Source: Nitrosopumilus sp. (GTDB lineage: Archaea > Thermoproteota > Nitrososphaeria > Nitrososphaerales > Nitrosopumilaceae). From it: a stretch of DNA of 64,000 nucleotides. A program made the position numbers and the translations under genes. The notes under the pieces are model-generated. The model was not told the DNA's origin. It was given only the letters and a program-made list of their open reading frames with translations, and did not search any database. The stretch covers positions 1,280,001-1,344,000 of the forward strand of contig OZ241857.1 in the NCBI GenBank assembly GCA_965203315.1, written 5' to 3'. Positions within the stretch are counted from its first letter, which is position 1, and every line of letters starts with the position of its first letter. Of the stretch, positions 40,327 through 51,300 are shown in pieces.

Positions 40327-40929
40327 TTATAACGCCGTTTTTATGTTGTCTAAACTAGTTCGCATCATAAACGAACCATCGTTACCGATCTCATATATTG
40401 TAAGATGATCGTCTTCTCTTCCAACATGATACGTGCCTGTCAGATCGCAATTGATCAACTGCCTTCCTCCTGGAGCTAGCACCCATTCCTTCTCTCTCTT
40501 TCTTGCCATACAAGTAACCATGATCGACGATCCGTTATCTCTCCCCACAACAGCTAACATCATTATACATGCATTTACTAGTCGTATCGAGTCTAGATCT
40601 AGACTACTATACAGTCCATTTAGCGAGTCGACTATGACATGCGTTCTCTTGCTTACAACTCTTCTCATAATCTCTGCAAACTTTATTCTCCAATCTCCTA
40701 TACTTGGACAGACTATGGAGACAAAGGGCTGTGTCTTGATCATATGTGATCTTGTATATCCAGAGTAAAGCAGATCCATATCCACAAAGATTACTGGGTC
40801 GGTAGATGAGTCGATCATATGGCTGAGAAATGCCATCTTTGAGAACGGTTCATCGCATAGTATTACACTAAGAACGTCTCGATCAAACTTGTCAAAGATA
40901 TCTCTGCTCTTAGGATTTTTATCCAACAC
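40327..40929 (-). CDS. Hypothetical protein, degenerate RecA/KaiC-like fold
   Basis: VIFVDMD, VIVDSLNG; no intact Walker A. Confidence 0.6.
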   Translation of the reverse strand: MLDKNPKSRDIFDKFDRDVLSVILCDEPFSKMAFLSHMIDSSTDPVIFVDMDLLYSGYTRSHMIKTQPFVSIVCPSIGDWRIKFAEIMRRVVSKRTHVIVDSLNGLYSSLDLDSIRLVNACIMMLAVVGRDNGSSIMVTCMARKREKEWVLAPGGRQLINCDLTGTYHVGREDDHLTIYEIGNDGSFMMRTSLDNIKTAL

Positions 40930-40952
40930 ATGTCAAACTCCATTAGATATTA

Positions 40953-42101
40953 ATGAATTTACATAAAGATATTATCGATGACTTTCCCCATGCGGGACAA
41001 ATCTATCTGAATAATGCGTCAACATCTCTGATGCCCTCACAAAGTATCACAGCTATGAACGAGTTTCTCATAGAGTACAACTCACTAGGTCCAGATTCTA
41101 CTAAATCAAATGCCTATGTCGTCGAGAAGCTACAGAGTGTCAGAAAGCTCATAGCAAAAATTATTGCATGTCAACCAGACGAGGTTGTTCTAACTCAGAG
41201 CACTACAGATGGCGTCAATATAGTCGCAAATGGCATCATACTTGACTCTAACTCTAATATTATAATTAGAGGAATGACACACGAGCACCACTCGAATCTC
41301 TATCCGTGGTTAAATTTATCCAAGAGATCTCTGATCAAGAGTTTGCCAATCGATAAAGATGGATTCTTTAACATCGATGATCTAAAAGAGCAGATTGATG
41401 ACAACACCAAACTTGTAACTCTAAGTCACGCATTATACAATACTGGAACAGTTCTACCAATAGAAGAGATTGCTTCTGTTCTTCAAGATACAACTCCATT
41501 CTTTCTCGATAGTGCTCAAACGGTTGGATGTATGGGAATGCTCGATGTATCAAAACTTGGGTGTAACTTTATGTCATTTAACGGATCAAAGTGGCTTTGT
41601 GGTCCTATGGGTACTGGTATATTTTACTGCAGCAGACGATCAAGTGATCTGCTGAAACCTACAACTATTGGTGGCGAATCTGCACTATTGTACGACGCCA
41701 CAAACTTGGCGTTCAAAGATCTTCCCGACAAGTTTCAGACCGGATTTAGAAACTATGTCGGTATGGTCGGTCTAGAGTCTTCCATAAACTATCTCTTAAA
41801 ATTTGGAATGGATAACATACGTCAAAAGAATATGCGACTAGCTAATCTCTTACGCGATGAGCTGATCAAGATTCCAAATATAGTCGTGTATGGTCCTGAT
41901 GATCCAAAACAGAGAACTAGTATTGTATCATTTAATGTTACAGGCACCGATCCTCGAGCCATTGTTGATAGATTGGAAGAGCAAGGAATCATCTTAGCAG
42001 TTCGTGAGATTTATGATCAAAAGATTGTGCGTGTAGCACCGCATTTCTTCAATCGTGAATCTGATATGATGAGACTAGTCGATGCGATAAGATGCCTATA
42101 G
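40953..42101 (+). CDS. Class V PLP-dependent aminotransferase / C-S lyase
   Basis: YLNNAS, EHHSN, LDSAQ, GSKWLCGP. Confidence 0.88.
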   Translation: MNLHKDIIDDFPHAGQIYLNNASTSLMPSQSITAMNEFLIEYNSLGPDSTKSNAYVVEKLQSVRKLIAKIIACQPDEVVLTQSTTDGVNIVANGIILDSNSNIIIRGMTHEHHSNLYPWLNLSKRSLIKSLPIDKDGFFNIDDLKEQIDDNTKLVTLSHALYNTGTVLPIEEIASVLQDTTPFFLDSAQTVGCMGMLDVSKLGCNFMSFNGSKWLCGPMGTGIFYCSRRSSDLLKPTTIGGESALLYDATNLAFKDLPDKFQTGFRNYVGMVGLESSINYLLKFGMDNIRQKNMRLANLLRDELIKIPNIVVYGPDDPKQRTSIVSFNVTGTDPRAIVDRLEEQGIILAVREIYDQKIVRVAPHFFNRESDMMRLVDAIRCL

Positions 42102-42353
42102 GTTATCTTGTTCATCTATAACCATCATGGTAAGTGTAGATTGAACTTTGGTGATTCTTCGTATCTTATTCGTAATTATTCCACGTAGCTTTTCTGCGTC
42201 TTTTGATGTTATCTTTAGCATAATATCATAGATGCCATAAACCCCTTGAACCTCATACAAAATATCTTCACTTGCTAGTAGCGTTCTGATCTCGTTAATT
42301 ATTGACTCATCTGAACCCAAATCAGAGTTTATCAATACATATGCAGTTGGCAC
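42096..42353 (-). CDS. Stand-alone Lrp/AsnC ligand-binding (RAM) domain
   Basis: AYVLIN..VYGIYDIMLKI..IRRITKVQSTLT. Confidence 0.88.
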   Translation of the reverse strand: MPTAYVLINSDLGSDESIINEIRTLLASEDILYEVQGVYGIYDIMLKITSKDAEKLRGIITNKIRRITKVQSTLTMMVIDEQDNL

Positions 42354-42403
42354 ATGCAGATTTTGATCAGACAGTATTTAACCTTTGATTTTACACTTGT
42401 TGG

Positions 42404-43057
42404 ATGTTGAACACGGAGAGATATATCGATCTTACCATTGCAGTATCGCCTAATACTCCTACATTTCCAGGTTCACCAACTCCTCAATTCATTCCTTGGG
42501 CTGATCTGAACACAGATGGCTATAATCTGGAACTAGTCTTCTTTAGTTCGCATACGGGAACACATTTGGACTCTCCATATCACTTTGATAAGGACGGGAT
42601 CAAGGTAGATCAGATCCCCATAAAACGTCTGATCGGCTCTGGCATCCTAATTCAAGTTCCTAAACCGTCTAAAGGCAAGATTACCAGATCTGATATCTCC
42701 AACTTTGAGAAAGAGTTTGGAACAATCCCGCCCGACTCGTCCATATTCTTTCACACTGGATGGGATAAACGTCTAAAGAGATCCAACTATTTTACAGAGA
42801 ATCCTGGTCTTGATACATCCGCAGCAAACTATCTAAAATCAAAGAGAGTGAGTCTAGTTGGAATAGACTCACCTAGTATAGATGTAGGAGTTGCAGCCTT
42901 TCCTGTACACAAAATACTCTCAAAGAACAATATTCTAATCGTAGAGAATCTTACAAATCTAGATAAGATTAGAACACATAGATTTGATTTTACATTATTG
43001 CCACTCAAACTCAAAGATGCTACAGGTTCACCAATAAGAGCGATCGCCTCACAGTGA
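42404..43057 (+). CDS. Cyclase family / kynurenine formamidase-like hydrolase
   Basis: HTGTHLDSP, GIDSPS, IVENL, GSPIRA. Confidence 0.9.
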   Translation: MLNTERYIDLTIAVSPNTPTFPGSPTPQFIPWADLNTDGYNLELVFFSSHTGTHLDSPYHFDKDGIKVDQIPIKRLIGSGILIQVPKPSKGKITRSDISNFEKEFGTIPPDSSIFFHTGWDKRLKRSNYFTENPGLDTSAANYLKSKRVSLVGIDSPSIDVGVAAFPVHKILSKNNILIVENLTNLDKIRTHRFDFTLLPLKLKDATGSPIRAIASQ

Positions 43058-43135
43058 TCTAAAACCGTACACTGATCTGTAAGATTGTATGGTAAAATTG
43101 TATAGTAAAAATATGACCAATTATATTATCAACAT

Positions 43136-43639
43136 GTGAGCAAACCTGGAAATCTCTGGCGTAAGATACATGGCACAATTACTAAAAAACCTACAAACTT
43201 TTCATGGCTGATCGATTCGTCACTAGCTGGTTCAGGCATTCCAACAACCTTTGACGAATTTACATGGATTCGTGATCAAGGAATTAAATCAATAGTAACT
43301 ATGACAGAAGAACCACTTCCTCAAAATTGGATCAAAGAGATAAACTATCTACACATCCCAACAGCTGATATGACTGCTCCCGATCTAGATTCGATAGACT
43401 CTGCTGCTGATTTTATCAATGAACAGATCAGTCGAGAGCAACCTGTGATGGTTCACTGTGCTGCAGGATTGGGTCGTGCAGGAACTATACTGGCCTGCTA
43501 TTTTATAAAATACAAGAGACTATCTGCAACCGCAGCAATTCAAAAGATTCGAGATGAACGACCAGGATCGATTCAATCTCTAGTCCAAGAGACAGCGATA
43601 TATCTATACGAGAAAGAACTAGGATCAAACAAACGTTGA
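43136..43639 (+). CDS. Dual-specificity protein phosphatase
   Basis: VHCAAGLGRAG (CX5R). Confidence 0.92.
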   Translation: MSKPGNLWRKIHGTITKKPTNFSWLIDSSLAGSGIPTTFDEFTWIRDQGIKSIVTMTEEPLPQNWIKEINYLHIPTADMTAPDLDSIDSAADFINEQISREQPVMVHCAAGLGRAGTILACYFIKYKRLSATAAIQKIRDERPGSIQSLVQETAIYLYEKELGSNKR

Positions 43640-43771
43640 TACAAGTTTACCATCTTTGACCTCTATCTTCAAGACTTTATTCTCTTGAAATATCAGAGTT
43701 AGACCACCATCTTTATCTGGATCCTCGACCTTTACAAGCTCGAGCATCTTTATAGAATCAAACTTTTCCAT
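43625..43771 (-). CDS. Unannotated 48-aa protein MEKFDSIKMLELVKVEDPDKDGGLTLIFQENKVLKIEVKDGKLVSTFV
   Basis: ATG 43771 to TGA 43625; paralog of the neighbouring ORF. Confidence 0.75.
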   Translation of the reverse strand: MEKFDSIKMLELVKVEDPDKDGGLTLIFQENKVLKIEVKDGKLVSTFV

Positions 43772-43777
43772 GATATA

Positions 43778-43930
43778 TCACTCTGGAATCGAGACCGTCT
43801 CGATCTTGCCGTCAACTGCTTTGATAAACATAAACCGATTATCTTTAAAGATAAAAGTTATTCCACCTTCCTTGTCAGGCTCTTCAACCTCTAGAACGGG
43901 TTGCCCCAAGAGACCATCATATTTTGCCAT
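43778..43930 (-). CDS. 50-aa protein MAKYDGLLGQPVLEVEEPDKEGGITFIFKDNRFMFIKAVDGKIETVSIPE
   Basis: Shares the motif VExPDKxGGxTxIFxxN...DGK with the downstream ORF. Confidence 0.75.
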   Translation of the reverse strand: MAKYDGLLGQPVLEVEEPDKEGGITFIFKDNRFMFIKAVDGKIETVSIPE

Positions 43931-44029
43931 ATACTTGACAGTTATCTCCTTGTATATATCCATAATCTATACTGATTATGCCCCTGTGCCGACATTATGA
44001 TTATGTATGCCAACTATCCAATGTTGAAC

Positions 44030-44572
44030 CTAACTCTGATCGGATATCACGACATCGATCTCTTTGGAGTTATTTTTGAGACTATCTTGTTCGGTATAGT
44101 CGTGCTTTTGCCATCCGGCAAAGACCTCTGCAGATAACTTGTGCCGGCCCTCACCCAAATCCGATCCCTTGAATACAAACTTTTCTTCAAAATCAAATAA
44201 CTCTTGGCGAACCTCCTCTTCTGTAAGTCTAATAAAAGGCTCAAAGTTTTTGGCAACCTGAACCCAGATCCTTCTATCTTTCATTGGATTTACAAGTTTT
44301 GGATTTCTAGTCCAAAATATCGATGCCTTTCTATAGGTGTTTATTGTCCTTCCCAACTCTTTCTTCCTAAATCCACCAGTTAACAGTTTTACACCATACT
44401 TTAACTTGAACGAGACATCATTCTTGTCGTATGCAGCTGTCCATCTCTCCTCATTGAATGCAGATCTAATATCTCCTTGTATTGAGAACCGTACACCTAT
44501 CTCCACATTGGAGTATGTAGTATAGGTGTCGCTGTGACTGATCACCTCAATATCAGAGATAACATTCGACAT
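44030..44572 (-). CDS. Conserved hypothetical protein
   Basis: Clean 180-aa ORF. Confidence 0.7.
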   Translation of the reverse strand: MSNVISDIEVISHSDTYTTYSNVEIGVRFSIQGDIRSAFNEERWTAAYDKNDVSFKLKYGVKLLTGGFRKKELGRTINTYRKASIFWTRNPKLVNPMKDRRIWVQVAKNFEPFIRLTEEEVRQELFDFEEKFVFKGSDLGEGRHKLSAEVFAGWQKHDYTEQDSLKNNSKEIDVVISDQS

Positions 44573-44616
44573 GCTTACAATGATTTATAACTACAATAAG
44601 TTCTTTTTCTGAATAC

Positions 44617-44895
44617 ATGCAAGCGCAAGTGATCAGTTCTAAACCTCAAGAGATCAACATCTCACTGACTGAGGCGGATATCGGAATCTTGTATATCATA
44701 CAACATGAGCTACTGAATGATACTGCTATTGATTTTGCAGGAGTTATTGTAAAACATCCATTGACCAATGAATGTTGGATAAAGATCAATTCTAAAACTA
44801 AACCTCTCGATGGTATCAAAAGGGCGACCGACTCTGCAATAGAGATAACTAATCAATACAGACAGATATTCGAATCAAAGATTCAGGTACAGTAA
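44617..44895 (+). CDS. rpoL: RNA polymerase subunit L (Rpo11)
   Basis: IDFAGVIVKHPLT; adjacent to tfs. Confidence 0.85.
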   Translation: MQAQVISSKPQEINISLTEADIGILYIIQHELLNDTAIDFAGVIVKHPLTNECWIKINSKTKPLDGIKRATDSAIEITNQYRQIFESKIQVQ

Positions 44896-44896
44896 A

Positions 44897-45205
44897 TTGA
44901 AGTTTTGTCCCAAATGTGACACCAAACTAAAAGAGATGAACTCTAATCTCCAATGTTTAAAGTGTGGATATTTAGAGGGCGAGCAAGATAAAAGACCAAA
45001 AGAGTCTAACGATTCACTCTCAAACGACTTTAATGTATTTGAAGATGAAGGAGAGACATCTCATCCTACTATAAAGATGCAGTGTGAAAAGTGTGAGAAC
45101 GACAAAGCAATCTGGTGGATGCTACAGACACGAAGTGCAGACGAACCCACGACTAGATTCTATCGTTGTACAAAATGCAACTATACGTGGCGTGACTACT
45201 CTTGA
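44897..45205 (+). CDS. tfs: Transcription factor S
   Basis: Two Zn ribbons; QTRSADEP. Confidence 0.94.
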   Translation: MKFCPKCDTKLKEMNSNLQCLKCGYLEGEQDKRPKESNDSLSNDFNVFEDEGETSHPTIKMQCEKCENDKAIWWMLQTRSADEPTTRFYRCTKCNYTWRDYS

Positions 45206-46211
45206 ATCAAACGAGTAAAACCATCAACCGTCTAGGTCACATCTTGTGTACATTGAGACATTGGTGTCGTCTCGTACCTAGATCTCTACCTCTAGTATGT
45301 GTCGATCAGTCTGTGATGACTAATTCTGGTTTGTGGAATATGAAAAGTCATTCGCCCCTTCATTTGACATGATGTTCATCTCCTGACGACTCGTCAATAA
45401 CTGTTCCTTTTTTTGGCATCTTTCGACTAAATGCTTCATGAGGTGTCTAGTACCCACTTTTTCCAAGAGACATGCGTGGTCGTTCGTAATTGTAGTTGTG
45501 TACGATAGGTCTATTGGATCACTTGTTCATTACATGTATCCTGCAAATACTGGAAATTTGCGTTCAACCTCTCCAAACAATCGTTCTACTTTACCATTGG
45601 TCTGTGGATGATTTACTCGTCCAAGAATATGTTGTATTCCTAACTGCTAATCTTGCCTCAAACTTGGATGTTCCTTTCTTCCTATTCTCAACTGCATTGG
45701 CGTAAAAACTGCGTTCCACGATCTGTGAGTATTGCTTTTGGCTTTCCGTATCTTTTAATGGCAACTTCTAGTACTACAAGTGTATTCTCTGTTGTTGCAT
45801 GGTCAAATATGCCATATCCAACTAAAACCTAGAAGCGTCGTCTAGATAGCTATTAACCATCTGCCATCATCTAGATCGACCTTCATCTCGCAATATGCGG
45901 TATATGGTATTGCGTGAGACATCTATTCACATGGCTTTTTTATCTGCCTTCTGAGACGTGTTGTGGCAAGATAACAATGCTCGTGTACAGGCAAGACAGC
46001 AGAATGTTCTAGTCTACTTGGAAAACTCTTCTTAGATCTGCCCATGTGTCTCGGATATATCATCTGCTTTGGTTTTACATTCTTGTATCGAGCCCACATA
46101 TTTTGAACTCAGCGAGTCGATGCTGGTTCTTTTAACTTATCGGGGGATTAAGATTAAGATGCAGGTATTTCAAGAAACGCCCTGTATGCAATTTAAAACA
46201 GTAATAATCTT

Positions 46212-47118
46212 GGCGATTGCTCATTTCGAGCCCCTAAGCATGTATTGTACCAATAAATCAAACAGATCGCATTCTCGGTTATTGTATCGCCACTCCATCT
46301 CCTTGAGATACAGTAAGAATTTCTTTGAACTCACACCTCGATACTTTGCCAAGTTCAATTTAGCAAAGCCCCAGAACCCTTCCATTCCATTGATGTGAAC
46401 ATCGCCTTTTGCGAAGCTCTTTTGATGATTAACTGATTCTCGATCATATCCATGAAAGATCAAGGTGTCATACCCTTTCCACTTGTCCGTGTATATCATG
46501 CTGCCCTTCTTTACTTTCTTGATCGTTGATTCAAGCAGAGTTTTAGCTGTGACGTCTGGTACAATGTCAACACGTACCTTGCCACCTCTCTGCAATATGC
46601 CAAAAACGATAGTCTTATTTCCGGCGCCGCGGCCTCGTTTTCCTTTACGTTTACCCCCAAAATACGACTCATCTGCTTCGATTTTGCCCTTTAATGTTCG
46701 ATATTCGTCATTTAGTTGCATTAGAATCACGCTCCTGAAAATATCAAAAGCTTTGAGTGCCGTATTGTAAGACAATCTTGCTTGTTTTGCAGCAACTCTT
46801 GCAGATACAGCTAGTTCAAACAATTTGACAAGTACCAGCCATTTTGAATATGAGATTTTGAGTGACGAAAATCTGGATTTGTTAAACGGTCTGAAATCTT
46901 TTTTGCATAATTTACAACGTAACCGATCTCTGTTTTTCATGTAATGGTATTGATCGCACTGACAAAATTTACAAACGATCTTGTCTGAACTATGAGATTC
47001 CAAATATTTCATTATTGCATACCCATCATTTCTCATCTCAAGAAGAGATATCAAATCCATCAAGACTTGCGTCTAAATTTAGTCATATTTAGTTAGGGGC
47101 TCGAAATGAGCAATCGCC
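46212..47118 (-). mobile_element. IS1595-family element
   Basis: Perfect 26-bp TIR GGCGATTGCTCATTTCGAGCCCCTAA; flanks TAATCTT / TAATCTG. Confidence 0.92.
46221..47063 (-). CDS. IS1595 transposase (intact)
   Basis: Zn ribbon, EADESYFGG, GKRGRGA, YTDKWKGY, HINGMEGFW. Confidence 0.93.
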   Translation of the reverse strand: MMDLISLLEMRNDGYAIMKYLESHSSDKIVCKFCQCDQYHYMKNRDRLRCKLCKKDFRPFNKSRFSSLKISYSKWLVLVKLFELAVSARVAAKQARLSYNTALKAFDIFRSVILMQLNDEYRTLKGKIEADESYFGGKRKGKRGRGAGNKTIVFGILQRGGKVRVDIVPDVTAKTLLESTIKKVKKGSMIYTDKWKGYDTLIFHGYDRESVNHQKSFAKGDVHINGMEGFWGFAKLNLAKYRGVSSKKFLLYLKEMEWRYNNRECDLFDLLVQYMLRGSK

Positions 47119-47333
47119 TAATCTGCAATGGGCAATCTAACCATTTTTCATAACTTGTAAAATTTTTAGAGAATATTGCGTGAAAACTATCGACCCCCCG
47201 TTAAGTTAAAAGAACCCCAATCTGAGCGAACCCACACACCTTCATTTCTACTGCAACTCAGATTGTCTGCTTGACCTAGTCATCTGGCTAGGAGTGAACA
47301 ACTTTTTGTACAACATACATAGAACACAAGATC

Positions 47334-48331
47334 TGTCTTAGACGGAAATCATTTCATATATAAACTCGAAATAAAACCATTGGTAAAGGATGCTGAATGA
47401 AAAACAAATAGCGTATATAATTAGAGAAATGCGTAAAGGCACAAGCTCATCCATCATAGCAGAGAGAATGAAGGTAACTCCCAGACGTGTGTATCAAATT
47501 TATGAATATTATATTCAGACAGGTTCAGTTCCAAAACAGCTCAATGCAGGAAGACCAAAGATAGAACCAACACCAAAACAGATTCAAATTGTAACTGCAG
47601 CATACAATGATGATCCTCGAGGTGCTATTTTTATTGCAAAACATCTGCGCTCTGCCCGCATACAAATAAGCTACAACACTGTAAAGAAGATCATGAAAGC
47701 AAAAGGTTTAGCATCTCCAGCATCTACAAACCGAACGCGTCACAAATGGATTCGCTTTGAACGAAAGTACTCTAACGCAATGTGGCATGTAGACTGGCAT
47801 GTCATAAAAGACTCCAGATGGCAAAATCTATACCTAATTTGCTACCTAGATGATGCATCCAGATGTATTACGGGCTTTGGAGTCTTTCAACATCCCACAA
47901 CAGAGAATGCACTACTTGTATTAGACAAAGCAATTAAGACGTTTGGAAGACCTGCACAGATACTATCTGATCATGGCCCCCAGTTTACATCTAACAAAGA
48001 ACCAAAGAAAGGTAAAAAGAAACCTACGCACTTTGAAAGAGCTTTACAAAAGCGTAAAATTACTCACATACTTGCAGGAGTGGGTCGTCCACAAACCAAT
48101 GGTAAGATAGAGAGATTCTTTGGAACATTTGAAAATGAGGTTGAACATCATGCCAGAATTGATGAATACATTAGTCATTACAATGAAAAAAGACCACACT
48201 TTGCTCTAGATATCGATAACGGAGAAACACCGCTTATTGCTTTTAGAGCAAAACAAGCTAGTGCTGAGATTAGAAAAAACCCAAAATGGGCAGATCTTGA
48301 CTTATATATGAAATGATTTCCGTCTAAGACA
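47334..48331 (+). mobile_element. IS481 subfamily 3, intact, with 16-bp flanking direct repeat
   Basis: Perfect 30-bp TIR TGTCTTAGACGGAAATCATTTCATATATAA; CATAGAACACAAGATC at 47318-47333 and 48332-48347. Confidence 0.95.
47390..48316 (+). CDS. IS481 transposase (intact)
   Basis: HTH, WHVDW, SDHG, QTNGKIERFF. Confidence 0.94.
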   Translation: MLNEKQIAYIIREMRKGTSSSIIAERMKVTPRRVYQIYEYYIQTGSVPKQLNAGRPKIEPTPKQIQIVTAAYNDDPRGAIFIAKHLRSARIQISYNTVKKIMKAKGLASPASTNRTRHKWIRFERKYSNAMWHVDWHVIKDSRWQNLYLICYLDDASRCITGFGVFQHPTTENALLVLDKAIKTFGRPAQILSDHGPQFTSNKEPKKGKKKPTHFERALQKRKITHILAGVGRPQTNGKIERFFGTFENEVEHHARIDEYISHYNEKRPHFALDIDNGETPLIAFRAKQASAEIRKNPKWADLDLYMK

Positions 48332-48381
48332 CATAGAACACAAGATCACAATTGTTTTATAATATGTTATAGTTCGGCGTA

Positions 48382-51300
48382 TTGTTGTATAAGAAAAATC
48401 ATACGTTGGTTCTTGTACTTGCATTATTTGTAATTGTACCTAGTATAGTCTTTGCTCAAAATACAGATAATCTAGAATCGTCTGTTGTACCTGATATTGA
48501 ACCCACCGATAATACAATTGGTCCTGTTGCAAATGTTGGTGTCGAGTACAAGTTCGATGATGGTTTTTACCAAAAAATTCAGGATCTGAGCAAAGAGACT
48601 CCTCAAGAAGGCGATCCCGGTGTATATGACGGTACCAGATACTATAGTGTAATACTAGTTGTGAATCGAGACGATGGTGACGATAGAACAGGTGACGAGA
48701 CCGCGAAGGAGAACAAAGGTGCTCTTGTAAAGCGACTGGAACTATTAGGAGCTCGAGATATCCTTGCAGCAGAGTCTCTCTCTTTTGTAACTGCTTCTAT
48801 ACCTGTAGGAGAAGTTCCTGGCTTTTCGTTACATGATGAGGTATTTCAGTTAGGTGATGGTGAACTACCCATATTTCCTGCTGTGGATATTGCTAGAAGA
48901 ACGATCAATGCCATGCCTGAAGATCTATCTAGAATAAATAATCAAAATCTTACTGGTAGCGGTATAGTCGTTGCGGTTGTAGATACAGGAATAAACAGCA
49001 TATATCTAAATGATAAAGTTCGTGAGAGGATATATTGTCCAGACAGAACTTGTTGGGCAGAAAATGGTTTGATCATGGGACAATCTACCCTTGAACTCGG
49101 TTTACTGAATACCACAGATTCTACACATGGTACACGCGTTGCGCAAGTACTTGCAGCTTCTGGAATGTCAAATCACAATGGAATTGCGCCAGGGGTCACA
49201 TTGTTGGACGCAATGTATGGTAGTCAATCTTTAATTGGGAACGTTGTTTTCCACAATCCAGACAGTACTTTCTATGTCCATGCAATTGACTGGGCGTATA
49301 AACAAGGTGCAAACATATCAAATCTTAGTGCAGGTTACGATATATGTGACAACTTTTTTGATATTGTTTCGTACAACTTGATTGTGAATGAAGCAGTAGA
49401 TAAAGGAATGATAGTTGTCAAATCAGCAGGAAATCGAGGTTTTAATAATACTGCACAAACCGCATCTTATAATTCTATAACTAATCCAGGATGCGCAAAT
49501 AACGTAATTACCGTGGGAGGCATCGATGATCGTTCTTCTAGCGAAAAAGAAATGTATACTAATTCAAGCCGAGGACCATCAACCGACAACACTCCCGTAT
49601 TGAAACCAGAGATAGTTGCTCCCGCTTATATGATTCAAACACTTAATAACACTCTAAATGATGATGCCGGTCCTCGTTCGGGTACAAGCTATGCAACACC
49701 TCAAGTAAGTGCAGCAGCTGCATTGATGTTAGAAGCAGAGCCAAGCCTTACTCCGATAGAAGCAAAGGCACTGTTATTACTAGGGGCAAACTGGCAGGGT
49801 CCAATTCCGTGCACATCTACTCAATACGAACGAAACAATCCAACTAACGATTGCTCTTTTGCAAGGCAGCCAGCAGATCCAGATACAGCTAATAATGCTG
49901 ATTCACTAAGCATACTAAACAATGTTGGATTTGGCATACTCGATGTAGGACAATCAGTCGTATATTCATCACGTGCTCTATCTCATGTTATGTCAGATCA
50001 TCTTGATCCTCTGGGCATAACATCCAAGGGATATACATTTACAGTAACCAATACATCAGAGCCTGTAAAGATAATTCTTACGTGGCTTGTACATCCACAT
50101 GGCGGCATATTGGAACAGGATAATCGTAACACTGCTGCTCCAGTAGCTGATCTAAACTTTACAGTAAGATGTAATGGCGGTCAAACTATCTCTGCCACAT
50201 CATCACATCAAACAAACGAGTTTGTAGTGTTTAGACCTTCACAAACTGGAACTTGTACTATAACTGTTACGGGCTCTGGACTAGATACCATAAACAAACC
50301 TGTACAAAACTATGCTCTTGCAAGTACACGTCCACTAACTACCGTACTGCCATCCAACAACTTACCGAGTGCAACATCTGATTCTTTTATCGTCAGTCCA
50401 GGAATGCCATCCACAGTATACTTTACTGGACGAGATGCTAACGGTGATTCCATATCGTTTAGTGTAACACGCGATCCAACTCAAGGCATAATAACCACGG
50501 ATGAGTTTATCACAAAGACTCACTCCCGAGCAATGTACACGCCATATGACAACTTTACAGGAAGAGACACATTTCAGATTACGCCATCTGATGGTGTAAA
50601 TCAACGAGGTATTCCTGCAACCATAACTCTGATAGAAGAGACACTGCCTCCAAACTCACAAAAGGCTACTACAAGATCTGACAATGTACGTGATTGGGAC
50701 ACTAGCATATTTTCCTCAAACACGCCATTGACTACATCTAGTAAGACATTTACCGGCCCAACATATCCAGTATCTGCAATTCATATAGGCTCTGTAAATG
50801 TGGAGGGCGGACTTGCCACATTTACAACATCAGATGGCAACACATATCGAGCTGTTGTACCGCCGAGTGGTGCCAGAATGATAGAGTTTCCATCATCCAT
50901 AATGATTAGAACGATGGAACTTGCTTCAGAGTGGATAGATGAGGAATCAATACACAACACAACGAAAAACATACCTACCGACATTCGAATCTTTGCAGGA
51001 TATGTACCTAGTTCATGTGTATCACTATCTGGATCAAGCGGTGCCAACTCTTGTCCTGCACATACGACACACTTGTTTAGTTCATCTCCAAATCTTGCAA
51101 TTCCAGACAACGCAGACAATCAAGACACAACTGACACTATTCGCATATCTGAGAATGGCACAATAAGAAAGATTACTGTATCTCTGGATATAACTCACAC
51201 ATTCATTGGTGATCTCAAAGTTATACTTACACCACCTAGTGGCAAACCCATAACGTTACATGATCGAACAGGCGGAAATCAAGATGACCTCAAGAGATCA

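Larger units (their letters stand above)
46125..47216. mobile_element. MITE-like element (about 180 bp without the nested IS)
   Basis: TIR GGTTCTTTTAACTTATCGGGGG / CCCCCGTTAAGTTAAAAGAACC (21/22). Confidence 0.75.
45332..47317 (-). mobile_element. Decayed IS481 subfamily-1 copy C, interrupted by a MITE and an IS1595
   Basis: Right TIR TGTGGAATATGAAAAGTCATTCGCCCC at 45332; left end 47220-47317 is the inverse of 13014-13111; multiple indels. Confidence 0.85.
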
